This document shows positions 18,156 to 27,056 of a stretch of DNA of 43,154 bases, piece by piece. The stretch is taken from the IMG/VR virus record IMGVR_UViG_3300032212_000035, positions 1 to 43,154 of that record; one strand, 5' to 3'. This stretch comes from a virus (taxonomy: Duplodnaviria; Caudoviricetes). The position numbers were made by a program, and so were the translations under genes. Position 1 is the first letter of the stretch; each line of letters begins with the position of its first letter. Below the pieces are notes generated by a model. It was not told where the DNA came from, made no database searches, and saw nothing but the letters and a program-made list of their open reading frames with translations.

Positions 18156-18900
18156 TGGTATCCCCTGAGTCATTTTTTTGAATATACTCACGCACTATCG
18201 GGTCCAGATAGGACACGTTAAAAAATTTACCTTGCGTACACTGAACCGCTCGACCCACTGCCATTTGCAAAACGTCGCTAGCCAATCCCAGCTCAATCCA
18301 TTCACCAATAAGTTTTCGATTATGAAATTTAATCAACCCCTCTTCACCAATATGCGGCTTTAAAAAGTCATGAATTTCAGCAAACCCCATGCAGTTAGTT
18401 AGTTTATAGTTAGATGTAAGAGGTGGGTTGCTGTCTTCCCTTAAAGGTGCGTCTTGTTGCGGTTGCCGTTTGCGTCCTGTCTTTTCTCTAACCCCCATCG
18501 GCACTACGTTTGAAGGCGATATATTTGGTTGTTGTTCTGGCTCTGTACTGGTTGTTGTTCTGGTTGTTGTTTGTGCCTTGTCTTTTTGAACGGAGTTATC
18601 CGACTTCACGAAATTAAGTTTAAAAACATTTGGCCCGATACGCGTTAAGATTCCAATTGACTCCATGCGCTTTATAGCGCTTCGTATTTTTTCACGCGTA
18701 TACCGTTCCGCTTTTCTTCCATGAATCGCCTCAACAAACAGAAGATCAGTAAAGAATGAATCTGACAGTCGATAGCTAATACCAGCAATTCCTGTTTTAT
18801 AATCCATAACACGCTTAATGCCAGAATAGATTTTTAACAACTCAGGCCGCTCATTAAAGAGCAGCAACCATTCTTCATCATTTAGGTAAAATGACGACAT
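18022..18900 (-). CDS. Replication initiator (O-like)
   Basis: N-terminal wHTH-like region, central repeat-bearing linker, C-terminal SYLDPIV DnaD-like motif; position after cII. Confidence 0.72.
   Translation of the reverse strand: MSSFYLNDEEWLLLFNERPELLKIYSGIKRVMDYKTGIAGISYRLSDSFFTDLLFVEAIHGRKAERYTREKIRSAIKRMESIGILTRIGPNVFKLNFVKSDNSVQKDKAQTTTRTTTSTEPEQQPNISPSNVVPMGVREKTGRKRQPQQDAPLREDSNPPLTSNYKLTNCMGFAEIHDFLKPHIGEEGLIKFHNRKLIGEWIELGLASDVLQMAVGRAVQCTQGKFFNVSYLDPIVREYIQKNDSGDTNGINRQVKSEGGKHGAAGSFLREQQEAAMRYAEKHELDMSEGQD
18526..18571. repeat. Iteron-like direct repeats, putative replication origin
   Basis: TGGTTGTTGTT at 18526, 18549 and 18561 inside the initiator gene. Confidence 0.6.
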
Positions 18901-18906
18901 TTAGCT

Positions 18907-19350
18907 CTATGCCTTCAGAGACACAACGTTATCCATTGTATTTTCCAGTATATTCATTTTGCTGCGAACGTCGTTTATCTCACGCTTAATTTCCAACCGT
19001 TCGACGTGAGATAATTTATTATCTTTCAGCGCTTTAACCACTGCTGACATCACGTCACCACTTTCACTAGCTACCATGAGCGCAGCCTGCATAACCGAGT
19101 TAGCAGTATCGCTATTTTTTGATACAAAACGACCACCAAACATACCGCAAAGAATCTCTAGCGGCTCCGTGTTTCCAGTAATATCCATTATTCGTATAAA
19201 TTCATCCACCCTTGGAAAATGTGTTTCATCAGCCGGATCCAAACGACTAAGTAGCGTTTTTTCTTTTGTCGCCAGCTTACGGGCAACACCAGATATACCC
19301 GGTTCCGTGTTTTTAACTGATTGATGCAAGCTATGAAAAAACTGATCCAT
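18907..19350 (-). CDS. Phage regulatory protein CII (CP76-like family)
   Basis: PGISGVARKL...LLSRLDP...H...MDITG...ESGDV...ALKDNKLSHVE. Confidence 0.85.
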   Translation of the reverse strand: MDQFFHSLHQSVKNTEPGISGVARKLATKEKTLLSRLDPADETHFPRVDEFIRIMDITGNTEPLEILCGMFGGRFVSKNSDTANSVMQAALMVASESGDVMSAVVKALKDNKLSHVERLEIKREINDVRSKMNILENTMDNVVSLKA

Positions 19351-19429
19351 TGCCGAATCCTCGTTATATTTCCGCAGACAAATAATATTGCCCGCATTAG
19401 TATTTAGTTATGCACTATGAAAACAATTA

Positions 19430-19666
19430 TCAAGCCGCTTCCGGCTCACTCCAAATATCAGGGCGTATTGATGCTTTTCTCATTACAGCGTGCGGAGTGT
19501 GCTTTGAAGATGAGTTTTCTAACTTAATGGCCAGCTTTGGACTAGCCGATCGAACACCAGAAGAAAGCTGTTTAATGTATTCAGGCGTTGTCCCAGCTTC
19601 CTTAATTGCAAGCTCTCGTGCGCACATCTGTTTTTTAGTAGCTTTTAGCCATTCTTTTACGTTCAT
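19430..19666 (-). CDS. Cro-like HTH regulator
   Basis: AGTTPEYIKQLSSGVRSASPKLAIKLE...IRPDIW; divergent from repressor; probable start MNVKEW. Confidence 0.85.
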   Translation of the reverse strand: MNVKEWLKATKKQMCARELAIKEAGTTPEYIKQLSSGVRSASPKLAIKLENSSSKHTPHAVMRKASIRPDIWSEPEAA

Positions 19667-19673
19667 GACAAAA

Positions 19674-19702
19674 AGACTAGCACCATGCATACTTTTACGC
19701 AA
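19674..19702 (-). promoter_or_regulatory. pR-like promoter with operator
   Basis: TTGCGT-N17-TAGTCT; spacer carries AAAAGTATGCA shared with the pL-like promoter. Confidence 0.65.
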
Positions 19703-19762
19703 GAAAATAATCTAGCTAGATTCATGTTCCATGTTAAGCAATCTCCTGATGTAATTGGAAAA

Positions 19763-20203
19763 ATGGACATCAAACAAATCAGACAAGACAACTTAAAAAT
19801 CCTAATTAAAGAGTTCAAAACCGCGGTATTACTGGCTGAAGCGACAGATACCAACCCAAAATACATCAGCCAAGTATTGAATATGCACAAAACACCAGGC
19901 GGCAAGAAACGTGGCATGGGTGATGACCTAGCAAGACGCATGGAAAAAAAGGCTAATAAGCCATATGGCTGGATGGACATACAACATGACAGGGAAAAAT
20001 CCAATGACGAAACAGACTTAACTATTAAAACAGCCTTAATCGACGCTGTAACCTATATCAACGACCACTTAGAATCAGAGTTTACGCACCTATCAACACA
20101 ACAGAAAGCAGAAGCAACTTATCGCCTATTCACACTATTTCAAGACGAAGCAGCTAAAAAGCTCGACTCATCAACGATAAAAAACCTGATAATAAATAGC
20201 TAA
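19763..20203 (+). CDS. CI-like immunity repressor (HTH, no S24 peptidase domain)
   Basis: MDIKQIRQDNLKILI...YISQV...RGMGDDLARRME...PYGWMD; short helical C-terminus. Confidence 0.85.
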   Translation: MDIKQIRQDNLKILIKEFKTAVLLAEATDTNPKYISQVLNMHKTPGGKKRGMGDDLARRMEKKANKPYGWMDIQHDREKSNDETDLTIKTALIDAVTYINDHLESEFTHLSTQQKAEATYRLFTLFQDEAAKKLDSSTIKNLIINS

Positions 20204-20220
20204 GCCACAAAAAAGCTAAG

Positions 20221-20259
20221 AAAAAAAAGGCGCACTGGAAACATGTGCGCCTTTTTTTT
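20221..20259. terminator. Bidirectional intrinsic terminator after repressor
   Basis: A8-GGCGCAtggaaaca-type hairpin GGCGCA...TGCGCC followed by T8. Confidence 0.85.
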
Positions 20260-20333
20260 GCGATCTAGTTCACATAAAAACCCCAATACAGGACAAATCC
20301 AGCCTGATAGTCCAGCTTGACACTAAACACAAC

Positions 20334-20362
20334 TTGACAAAAGTATGCAATTTGATTACCTT
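20334..20362 (+). promoter_or_regulatory. pL-like early promoter with operator
   Basis: TTGACA-N17-TACCTT containing AAAAGTATGCA. Confidence 0.7.
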
Positions 20363-20466
20363 TATTTTACCCCGCCCGAGTACTGCAGCCGGGCTGCACT
20401 TCCAGAGCCTGTTTATCCGCGTTAAGCGGCCCTAATCAGAATCGCCCAGGATAAACGGGGGAAATA

Positions 20467-20850
20467 ATGAGCAAGAGCGTCACGGCAATGCAAGCAGCAT
20501 TGTCTGTATGGTCAAACAAACTGTTTAGCCGTGGCGCTCGCTCACCATTGAATAAAAGGCATATCGAAACCATGGATGCTAAAACTAAAAAAACATTGAA
20601 AAGCCTAGAGCGACGGCTAGATAAACTCGCTTTAGCTCAATTGCGAGAAACAGCCGCTGCTTTGCAAAATCAAGTTGAACAACTTGAAAGTGAATTATCA
20701 AGTGCACAGGAGAGCGCTGATTTCTGGCATGAGCAGGCAACTGAAATGCAGCTTGCGATGTACGATGAAAATTACTCCACGCATCGCTGTATCGGTATAA
20801 ATAAAGCAGGCGAAATGATGGTTGTAACTTCTAATGAACAACCGAACTAA
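20467..20850 (+). CDS. Hypothetical coiled-coil early protein
   Basis: First ORF after pL; start uncertain (20467 or MDAKTKK). Confidence 0.65.
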   Translation: MSKSVTAMQAALSVWSNKLFSRGARSPLNKRHIETMDAKTKKTLKSLERRLDKLALAQLRETAAALQNQVEQLESELSSAQESADFWHEQATEMQLAMYDENYSTHRCIGINKAGEMMVVTSNEQPN

Positions 20851-20986
20851 TGAAACGGAATAAACCGAAAACGGAACGACCAATAAGCGCAATTTTGTTT
20901 TGCTCATTTTTAATCAGTGCATACAGCCTTGACGCAAGCGCCTGCCCTGATATTGAAACCGTCACGATTGTTATTAACTGCAGTAT

Positions 20987-21235
20987 TTGCTGAGGATAAG
21001 TCAAATGTCAGACAGCGATGTAATTTGGATTAATGACCTACCGTCAAGAAAAGTCGCGGCGCGAGAAATGATTACACGGCGTCTGAAGAAAAAAAACTAT
21101 TCAGATTCAGAAATTGAATTCACTATTGACGCGGCCTGTTTCTACCTCGACCAGGGCGACTCACTCTATCGCGCAATTCACACCGCTATTCATATCAACC
21201 TGGACGACCTAACCACTGGACCATACTGCGCATGA
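20987..21235 (+). CDS. Hypothetical protein
   Basis: 82 aa (probable start MSDSD after GAGGA), ATGA overlap with next gene. Confidence 0.65.
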   Translation: MLRISQMSDSDVIWINDLPSRKVAAREMITRRLKKKNYSDSEIEFTIDAACFYLDQGDSLYRAIHTAIHINLDDLTTGPYCA

Positions 21236-21543
21236 ACACCAGAGGCGAAGAATACGATATGAAAAGAACTGCCGAGCTTGTGAATATCGGCAAGTTAAAA
21301 CTTTTCAAAATATTACGCGAAAGCAAAGTGCTTAATTCTGAAAATTTACCCTACATTAAGTATCGACAATTAGGCTATTTTCGCATTCATACATCACGCT
21401 ATGTTCATGAAGTCCGTGGCGAAATGGCTCGCTCGAAAACAGTCGTCACTCCATTAGGCATAGAGTTTATCAACAAATTATTAAATGACTACCTAACTAA
21501 GGGTAAAGATCAGAAAACAGAACCCGCGAAACTGACCGGCTGA
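21232..21543 (+). CDS. Antirepressor KilAC/ANT-domain protein
   Basis: IGKLKLFKILRE...NLPY...GYF...KTVVTPLGIEFI. Confidence 0.85.
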   Translation: MNTRGEEYDMKRTAELVNIGKLKLFKILRESKVLNSENLPYIKYRQLGYFRIHTSRYVHEVRGEMARSKTVVTPLGIEFINKLLNDYLTKGKDQKTEPAKLTG

Positions 21544-21570
21544 TCCAGTCAAATTTAACAGGCAAAGACT

Positions 21571-21828
21571 ATGGATAAACAACTAATTAATTTTCTTGAA
21601 GAGTTAAACAAAACCTGGCTAACAGTCGTTTTTCAAACAGAGGTATTGACCTGCATACGGTTAAGCGAAGAACCTAATGAGGTTGCCGCGGCTAAATGCT
21701 CCAAAACTATTAGTGAGGCGCGCACAAAAATTAATCAAATCACTGAACGTTTAAATAATGAGTTTCATTACCAGCCAGAACATCAAGCTGCACCGTTTCC
21801 AGAATCATTAAGGCTACAGGCGGATTAA
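21571..21828 (+). CDS. Hypothetical protein
   Basis: 85 aa ORF in early operon. Confidence 0.6.
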   Translation: MDKQLINFLEELNKTWLTVVFQTEVLTCIRLSEEPNEVAAAKCSKTISEARTKINQITERLNNEFHYQPEHQAAPFPESLRLQAD

Positions 21829-21829
21829 T

Positions 21830-22150
21830 ATGAAACAGAAAAAAGGACAACTAAAATACGCAGTTTTAACGCGCTTAGAACAACTTGGTGGCTGGCACGA
21901 TATTGAATCCGTTCGTTGCGCTTTAAATGCAAACCGAACCAGCGTTCAAAGCGTTATGCAGAGAGCGCTTCAAAATCAAATAGTTGAACGCAGTAAATTA
22001 GGAACAAATCGATATTATTATCGCAGTAAAACAAGCACAAAAACGGCGATCAATGCTGGTTATCAATTACCAGAACCCATGCCGATTATACCGACTGCAA
22101 TCGACCAATGGCTCTATTCTGAAATTCCACCCGTTAAATCCCTGCTTTAA
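21830..22150 (+). CDS. Hypothetical winged-helix-like protein
   Basis: 106 aa; helix-turn-helix then VERSKLGTNRYYYR wing. Confidence 0.6.
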   Translation: MKQKKGQLKYAVLTRLEQLGGWHDIESVRCALNANRTSVQSVMQRALQNQIVERSKLGTNRYYYRSKTSTKTAINAGYQLPEPMPIIPTAIDQWLYSEIPPVKSLL

Positions 22151-22169
22151 ATAAGCGGATGATCTAGTT

Positions 22170-22352
22170 ATGAAATGGATTAGACTCAAAAAATACTGCG
22201 AAATGTCAGGTGATACCCAGGACGCTGTAAAGATGCGCCGCAAAAAAGGTATATGGGCAGATGGAAAGCATAGTAAACTTGGCCCAGATAGGAAAATTTG
22301 GGTAAATATCGTCGAGGTTGACAAATGGGTGGAAAATTACCGCGAGGCATAA
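22170..22352 (+). CDS. xis: Excisionase
   Basis: MKWIRLKKYCEMSG...GIWADGKH...KIWVNIVEVDKWV; overlaps integrase start. Confidence 0.88.
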   Translation: MKWIRLKKYCEMSGDTQDAVKMRRKKGIWADGKHSKLGPDRKIWVNIVEVDKWVENYREA

Positions 22353-23512
22353 GTACAAAGAAACACCGATCAGGGAAAGAAACCCTTTATCTTTCATTTA
22401 CCTATCGCGGCGTACCATGCCGTGAGTCTATCGGCCTTGAGCGCACAGACAAAAATATCAAGTACTGCACTGGACTACTCGCAGAAATTGACAACCGAAT
22501 TAAACGCCAAAGCTTTAGTTTCTCAGAATTTTTCCCAGACTCTAAAACCCGCGCCGCCAAACTGTTTGGCCGCATCCGGTTAAATATTAGCGTGGCGCAA
22601 TTAATGGATGAGGCAAAATGGGAAGACCTTACACCGGAACTGACCACCGCCAGTACCTATAAAAAGGACTCTAAGTGGTCCAGGGAGTATCTAGGCCATA
22701 TTCCGGTTACTGAGCTTACCGTGAAGGATATCCGTGACTGGATAAAAACACTATCGCACTTAAAGCGTAAAACAATCTCTAACCGATTAACCCCCTTGCG
22801 CGTGATACTTGCCATGGCTGTTGATGATGAAATTATTCAAATCAACCCCTGTGACGCAGTGAGCCTTGGTAAACAATCCAAGGGATTAATTGCGCGTGAA
22901 CAACGTGAATCTGATGAGGTCATTGACCCTTTCGACTTTGATGAGATTGACGCCATTTTAAATGCCGCCGCCGAGTATCACGAAAAAGCTCAGAATTATT
23001 TTCAGGCGGCTTTTTTTACCGGGCTTCGCCATTCCGAACTCAAAGGCCTGCAGTGGTCAGATATCGATTTTATAAATGGCACCGTCGAGGTGAACCGCGC
23101 CGAAGTCTCACTAGGCGGCAAGACCTTTAAAAAGACGACAAAAACACTGGCAGGACGCCGCACCGTTGAACTGGTCCCCAAAGCCATCCAGGCTTTAAAA
23201 CGTCAACAGAAATTAACACGCTTCTCAAAAGGCTATGTATTCACCAGGTTTGATGATTCAGATTTACCCCTGACCCACAACGATCATTACTGGAAACCCT
23301 GGAACACTATTTTACAAACCGCTGACATCCGATACCGGGCCCCAAAACAAACCAGGCACACATTCGCATCTAATTTATTAACCTTAGGCGAAACACCCGC
23401 ATTGATTGCCGACCAGTTAGGTCACGTTGATGTGAGCATGGTTTACCGTGTGTACGGCAAATATATAAAGCAGAAGAAAGGCTCAGCATTTACCACAAGC
23501 TTTGGACAATGA
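22325..23512 (+). CDS. int: Prophage integrase (tyrosine recombinase with arm-binding domain)
   Basis: N-terminal SFTYRGVPCRE arm domain; TGLRHSE, KT, QTRHTFAS, LGH, VYG catalytic motifs. Confidence 0.96.
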   Translation: MGGKLPRGISTKKHRSGKETLYLSFTYRGVPCRESIGLERTDKNIKYCTGLLAEIDNRIKRQSFSFSEFFPDSKTRAAKLFGRIRLNISVAQLMDEAKWEDLTPELTTASTYKKDSKWSREYLGHIPVTELTVKDIRDWIKTLSHLKRKTISNRLTPLRVILAMAVDDEIIQINPCDAVSLGKQSKGLIAREQRESDEVIDPFDFDEIDAILNAAAEYHEKAQNYFQAAFFTGLRHSELKGLQWSDIDFINGTVEVNRAEVSLGGKTFKKTTKTLAGRRTVELVPKAIQALKRQQKLTRFSKGYVFTRFDDSDLPLTHNDHYWKPWNTILQTADIRYRAPKQTRHTFASNLLTLGETPALIADQLGHVDVSMVYRVYGKYIKQKKGSAFTTSFGQ

Positions 23513-23776
23513 AACGTGCGCAAAACGTCTGCAAGTATTTTTAAATAAGATAAGTGATTGAATATAAAGAAGAATATTATAAAAAGGTAAAGGTTCAAGT
23601 CCTCTTCTCGGCACCATTTAAATTTCTTTTAAATGGCCCTACACAGCAACCTTAAACACTACTATACAAGCATATCACTCCATTAACTTGCATTGCTTTC
23701 GGGGTCTAGTAGGGTCTGGAAAAGGTCTATAAAACGTCTGCAATTCGTCTGCAAAACGTGCGCGTTTCGTCTGCAA
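23512..23776 (+). repeat. attP arm-type repeats
   Basis: Six copies of CGT(CT/GC)GC on an 11-bp period: two at 23512-23534 and four at 23732-23776, flanking the core. Confidence 0.75.
23591..23616 (+). other. attP core = 3' end of a tRNA (probably tRNA-Leu)
   Basis: AGGTTCAAGTCCTCTTCTCGGCACCA: T-loop, acceptor 3' strand, discriminator A, CCA; no 5' half of the tRNA present. Confidence 0.88.
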
Positions 23777-23805
23777 GAATTAAGATAATTACCGACATAC
23801 AAAAA

Positions 23806-24249
23806 CTAAGACCCACCCGAAATCTCTTCTCCGATCCTCTCTAAAAACCCATCGTTTACCGCATCCTGCAACCCATCAAATTTCATACCGCGAACAACAT
23901 CAACCAAGACCACACCACTTCCAAGTTCACTTTTTTGCTGCAGATAATCAATCATCAGCTCACCATAGAAACGACCAATCGCATGATCCTCTAAAGAACT
24001 GCCAGTAATTTTTGGCAACCAGTAATTTAATAGCTGCTCATCACCGACCATCAATATTTTAAAAAAAGGTAAATCACCTGGTTTATGACTGACCTCACCA
24101 TCAACCTGCTGAGATGACAAATCTGTTTTTTCAATCATTCTTACTCCCTCAAATCCATTGGGCAACCACAGCCCTAACTTTATTCTATTTTTCGGGTCCC
24201 TCGTGCTTTCAGGGAGAAAGCAGATCAACTCAGGGAGAGTCGATACCAA
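23806..24249 (-). CDS. Hypothetical protein next to attP
   Basis: ORF; probable start MIEKTD after GAGGGAG. Confidence 0.6.
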   Translation of the reverse strand: MVSTLPELICFLPESTRDPKNRIKLGLWLPNGFEGVRMIEKTDLSSQQVDGEVSHKPGDLPFFKILMVGDEQLLNYWLPKITGSSLEDHAIGRFYGELMIDYLQQKSELGSGVVLVDVVRGMKFDGLQDAVNDGFLERIGEEISGGS

Positions 24250-24558
24250 TTATGAACAACTGGCCGCCTGGAAACTCCATATTAAAACATTCTCTCTTTG
24301 TTCTCAATACCGCTTTATTTTTTGACAGAGAAAAAAACAACAAAATCCAAATTTGCAATAATTGATAATAATTGCCTTAATTCGTCATTAGCAGTAATAC
24401 GAACGTACAACTATAACTGATTGTTTTTTATACAGCATTACCACTTATAGGAATTAGTCCTATTAGGGAAATATTCCCGATTATTTATAAATAAACATAT
24501 TAGATTTTTACGCAATACTGGGACGTATTGCGTATGTATAAGGAATATTCGTAGTTTT

Positions 24559-24747
24559 TTAAATGTTTTCTGTTTTCGGGACAGTGCTTATCTGCGCATT
24601 AAGCTGCGGATCATGGGAATCAGAATCAACTAGAATCACTTCTATTTCTTCGCCTTTCCAATAGGCTTGCAAGCCGTCCTTTACAGCCTGGGCGTACTTA
24701 CGTGGATCACCAGTAACTGTTCTCTGGTCAATTATGTGCTTAATCAT
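24559..24747 (-). CDS. Hypothetical protein
   Basis: 62 aa, GGAGG RBS. Confidence 0.7.
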   Translation of the reverse strand: MIKHIIDQRTVTGDPRKYAQAVKDGLQAYWKGEEIEVILVDSDSHDPQLNAQISTVPKTENI

Positions 24748-24771
24748 TTAAACCTCCATGTTATAAATATA

Positions 24772-24981
24772 TTAAATACCCCGTGCTCCCTCACCAAAAA
24801 AAAGGAAAACCAGTGAAATTACAATTATCAACAATATCAGCAGTGACTGTATAACATCCTCTGCCAACGATATTTCGTTTAATTGCTTTCTGGGATACTC
24901 TTTTGTACTCAGCATTGTCCCAAACTTGGACAACAGCATGACAAAAAAGATCAATGTTATTAACCCTATGTATGCAGTCAT
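24772..24981 (-). CDS. Small two-TM membrane protein
   Basis: Two hydrophobic stretches; GAGGA RBS. Confidence 0.7.
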   Translation of the reverse strand: MTAYIGLITLIFFVMLLSKFGTMLSTKEYPRKQLNEISLAEDVIQSLLILLIIVISLVFLFFGEGARGI

Positions 24982-25040
24982 TGGTGATTTCCTCGTTTTA
25001 ATCGGTTGTTAAACATGCTCACACATTACATCCCTTTAGA

Positions 25041-25229
25041 TTAAAAGAACTTCTTTAATGTAGCTGGCAGCGATTCATACATCGACCTTTTCAGCCTCTT
25101 AATAGCCAGGCCAAGCTCGACCAGGCTCTCACCCATCGAGCCTTTTAACTCATTCCTTATTTGCTCATCACTAATGCCATCAGGCAATTCGTAGTATTTT
25201 CTGACTGCATTAATCGTTAATTGCTTCAT
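25041..25229 (-). CDS. Array gene, hypothetical
   Basis: 62 aa, preceded by junction motif. Confidence 0.7.
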   Translation of the reverse strand: MKQLTINAVRKYYELPDGISDEQIRNELKGSMGESLVELGLAIKRLKRSMYESLPATLKKFF

Positions 25230-25244
25230 AAGTACTTTCCGTGG

Positions 25245-25442
25245 TTAACCATCTAAATGCTTATCACGCGCCAAACCATCAACAAAAAATTGCAAGGCTT
25301 TGACCACTTGATCTCTGGTAGCGCCTTTATCAAGGCGAACTGCGTGATGCCTGTCATTATCAAAATCAACAATAAACTCAAAAAACTTTTCACTTTCTAC
25401 CCTAGTACTCATTCGAGCTTTTTCTAGTTTTTTTATACCCAC
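25245..25442 (-). CDS. Array gene, hypothetical
   Basis: 65 aa, GTG start after motif. Confidence 0.65.
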   Translation of the reverse strand: MGIKKLEKARMSTRVESEKFFEFIVDFDNDRHHAVRLDKGATRDQVVKALQFFVDGLARDKHLDG

Positions 25443-25454
25443 AACTTTTCTCCG

Positions 25455-25664
25455 TTAATTTTTATCGATTAACTCAACTGCTTTAAATCTCACATAAGTT
25501 ATATTACCATCGATCTTTATAACATCACCTCGATTCATTCCACTATTATCAGCCCAATCAATATCAATGATCATAGGTTGAAGCCCAATACTTTCACGTA
25601 TGGCATCAACAATAATCTGATCAAGCTCATCAAAACCAGTTACACCAGGTATTGTGATTTCCAT
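25455..25664 (-). CDS. Array gene, hypothetical
   Basis: 69 aa, preceded by motif. Confidence 0.7.
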   Translation of the reverse strand: MEITIPGVTGFDELDQIIVDAIRESIGLQPMIIDIDWADNSGMNRGDVIKIDGNITYVRFKAVELIDKN

Positions 25665-25909
25665 TAATAGTTTCCGTTTTTAACTCGATTTTCAATAGCC
25701 AGCCAGGTTGGCTCATACTCAGGCCAATCTTTCTCGACCACAACACAATCAACACATGCGCTCGCACCAGTATCAATGTCTGGTTGCTTTGCTAACGATA
25801 TAGCCATAATTATGTTTTCAAGCTTTTGTTTTGCCTCATCACTAAGATACTTATCAACATCTTTTCGTTTTAAAACGATATATCTGTTTTCTCGCACAAA
25901 ATCACTCAT
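25664..25909 (-). CDS. Array gene, conserved-looking phage hypothetical
   Basis: RENRYIVLKRKD...CVVVEKDWPEYEPTW. Confidence 0.75.
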   Translation of the reverse strand: MSDFVRENRYIVLKRKDVDKYLSDEAKQKLENIIMAISLAKQPDIDTGASACVDCVVVEKDWPEYEPTWLAIENRVKNGNY

Positions 25910-25921
25910 GGTCAGTTCCCG

Positions 25922-26221
25922 TTATTTAAAACCCATTTTTTCAGATACCGCATCGACTAACTTTTCTTTATCTCGATCAATGAAGTTACAGCCCATAGCT
26001 GCATCAATCTCATTATCAAGATCCTCACCATTCAAAACTAAATTATCCGGTGTTTTACCTGCGAACAGACCGCCGCTGTAAACCGCATTAATATCAGCAT
26101 TACGCAAATACTGATAACGTGCTGCATCTTTTTTAAATCTCTCATTTTCAGCCAGCATTTCAACCATTAACGAATCAAACTGCTCTGCGTTTTCTGTAAA
26201 TTTCTGTCTCAGATTTGACAT
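25922..26221 (-). CDS. Array gene, Ead-like hypothetical
   Basis: Start re-set to MSNLRQK after motif; KDAARYQYLR...LDNEIDAAM segment common in phage early proteins. Confidence 0.72.
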   Translation of the reverse strand: MSNLRQKFTENAEQFDSLMVEMLAENERFKKDAARYQYLRNADINAVYSGGLFAGKTPDNLVLNGEDLDNEIDAAMGCNFIDRDKEKLVDAVSEKMGFK

Positions 26222-26237
26222 ATCATTTTCCGTTAAG

Positions 26238-26447
26238 TTATAGACCTTTAAAATCAAGATCTTCTTGCTGCTTAAGTTTTAACAAATTCTCTTTGTCATA
26301 GTCACAAAAATCTGAACAATCCGCATCATCTAACCCCATATCCCTGCAGACATCAGCAGCCACTTTACACTGGTCATGAGTTGCCACCACCAACCCTATT
26401 GCAACTAAAGCGCCACGATCAAAATCATCAAGCTGTTTTTCTGGCAT
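26238..26447 (-). CDS. Array gene, hypothetical
   Basis: 69 aa, preceded by motif. Confidence 0.7.
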   Translation of the reverse strand: MPEKQLDDFDRGALVAIGLVVATHDQCKVAADVCRDMGLDDADCSDFCDYDKENLLKLKQQEDLDFKGL

Positions 26448-26466
26448 AATTGCTTTCCGTGTGTTT

Positions 26467-26553
26467 TTAATAACATAACCGGCGCTTACATCGCCGGCAA
26501 TGACGAATATAAGGATTAGTTTCTATAACCCCGCACATACAAATAATAACCAT
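26467..26553 (-). CDS. Array gene, 28-aa Cys-rich microprotein
   Basis: MVIICMCGVIETNPYIRHCRRCKRRLCY* between two motif copies. Confidence 0.6.
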   Translation of the reverse strand: MVIICMCGVIETNPYIRHCRRCKRRLCY

Positions 26554-26565
26554 AATCACTTTCCG

Positions 26566-26850
26566 TTAATTAATTTTTTCTAATACGTAACCAGGGACAT
26601 ATACCCTTTTTGGCCCGAAACCTTCAGCAATAAATTCAGACTCAGGCCATTCTGCAATATTCACACCTGGACTTGTACAGTACTCAGTGAAGACAACGCC
26701 GTCTTTGACATCAACTACACGATAAAGCTCTAAATCAGCTCGACTGGTCGTATAGTAATCACCAGCTTTAGGTTTCCATTCAAGCTCTTCGTAAAACCTT
26801 GCCGCTAATGCATGCAGTTTTTGCTGTTCTGTTAGTTTTTCATATTGCAT
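26566..26850 (-). CDS. Array gene, hypothetical
   Basis: MQYEKL...WKPKAGDYYTTSRADLELY; preceded by motif. Confidence 0.72.
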   Translation of the reverse strand: MQYEKLTEQQKLHALAARFYEELEWKPKAGDYYTTSRADLELYRVVDVKDGVVFTEYCTSPGVNIAEWPESEFIAEGFGPKRVYVPGYVLEKIN

Positions 26851-26852
26851 AA

Positions 26853-27044
26853 TCACTTTCCGCGTATGTTTTCTATATTAGAAATAACAACCGTTTTTAA
26901 ATTATCCTGCACATTTACAGACAGCACCGGATAACTCTTATCTTTAATTAAAATACCATGGCCCTTGCAGATTAAATGCAGGAAATCTTTCCCTCTGTAT
27001 ACCTCGTTACCACTCTGCAGCACTACCAGATCCAGATCATGCAT
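26853..27044 (-). CDS. Array gene, hypothetical
   Basis: MHDLDL...; preceded by motif variant. Confidence 0.65.
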   Translation of the reverse strand: MHDLDLVVLQSGNEVYRGKDFLHLICKGHGILIKDKSYPVLSVNVQDNLKTVVISNIENIRGK

Positions 27045-27056
27045 AATCATTTTCCA

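Noticed and set aside
20851-20880. AAACGGAA/AAACCGAA triplet resembling the array motif
   Set aside because: Not followed by a start codon at the usual distance, outside the array, and short enough to be chance; might be an RNA-level site but unsupported
23591-23616. Functional tRNA gene
   Set aside because: Only the T-loop and 3' acceptor strand are present; the upstream sequence is AT-rich and cannot form the 5' half
24415-24436. LexA (SOS) box; also CTGT...ACAG near 5497-5516
   Set aside because: Spacing does not fit CTGT-N8-ACAG
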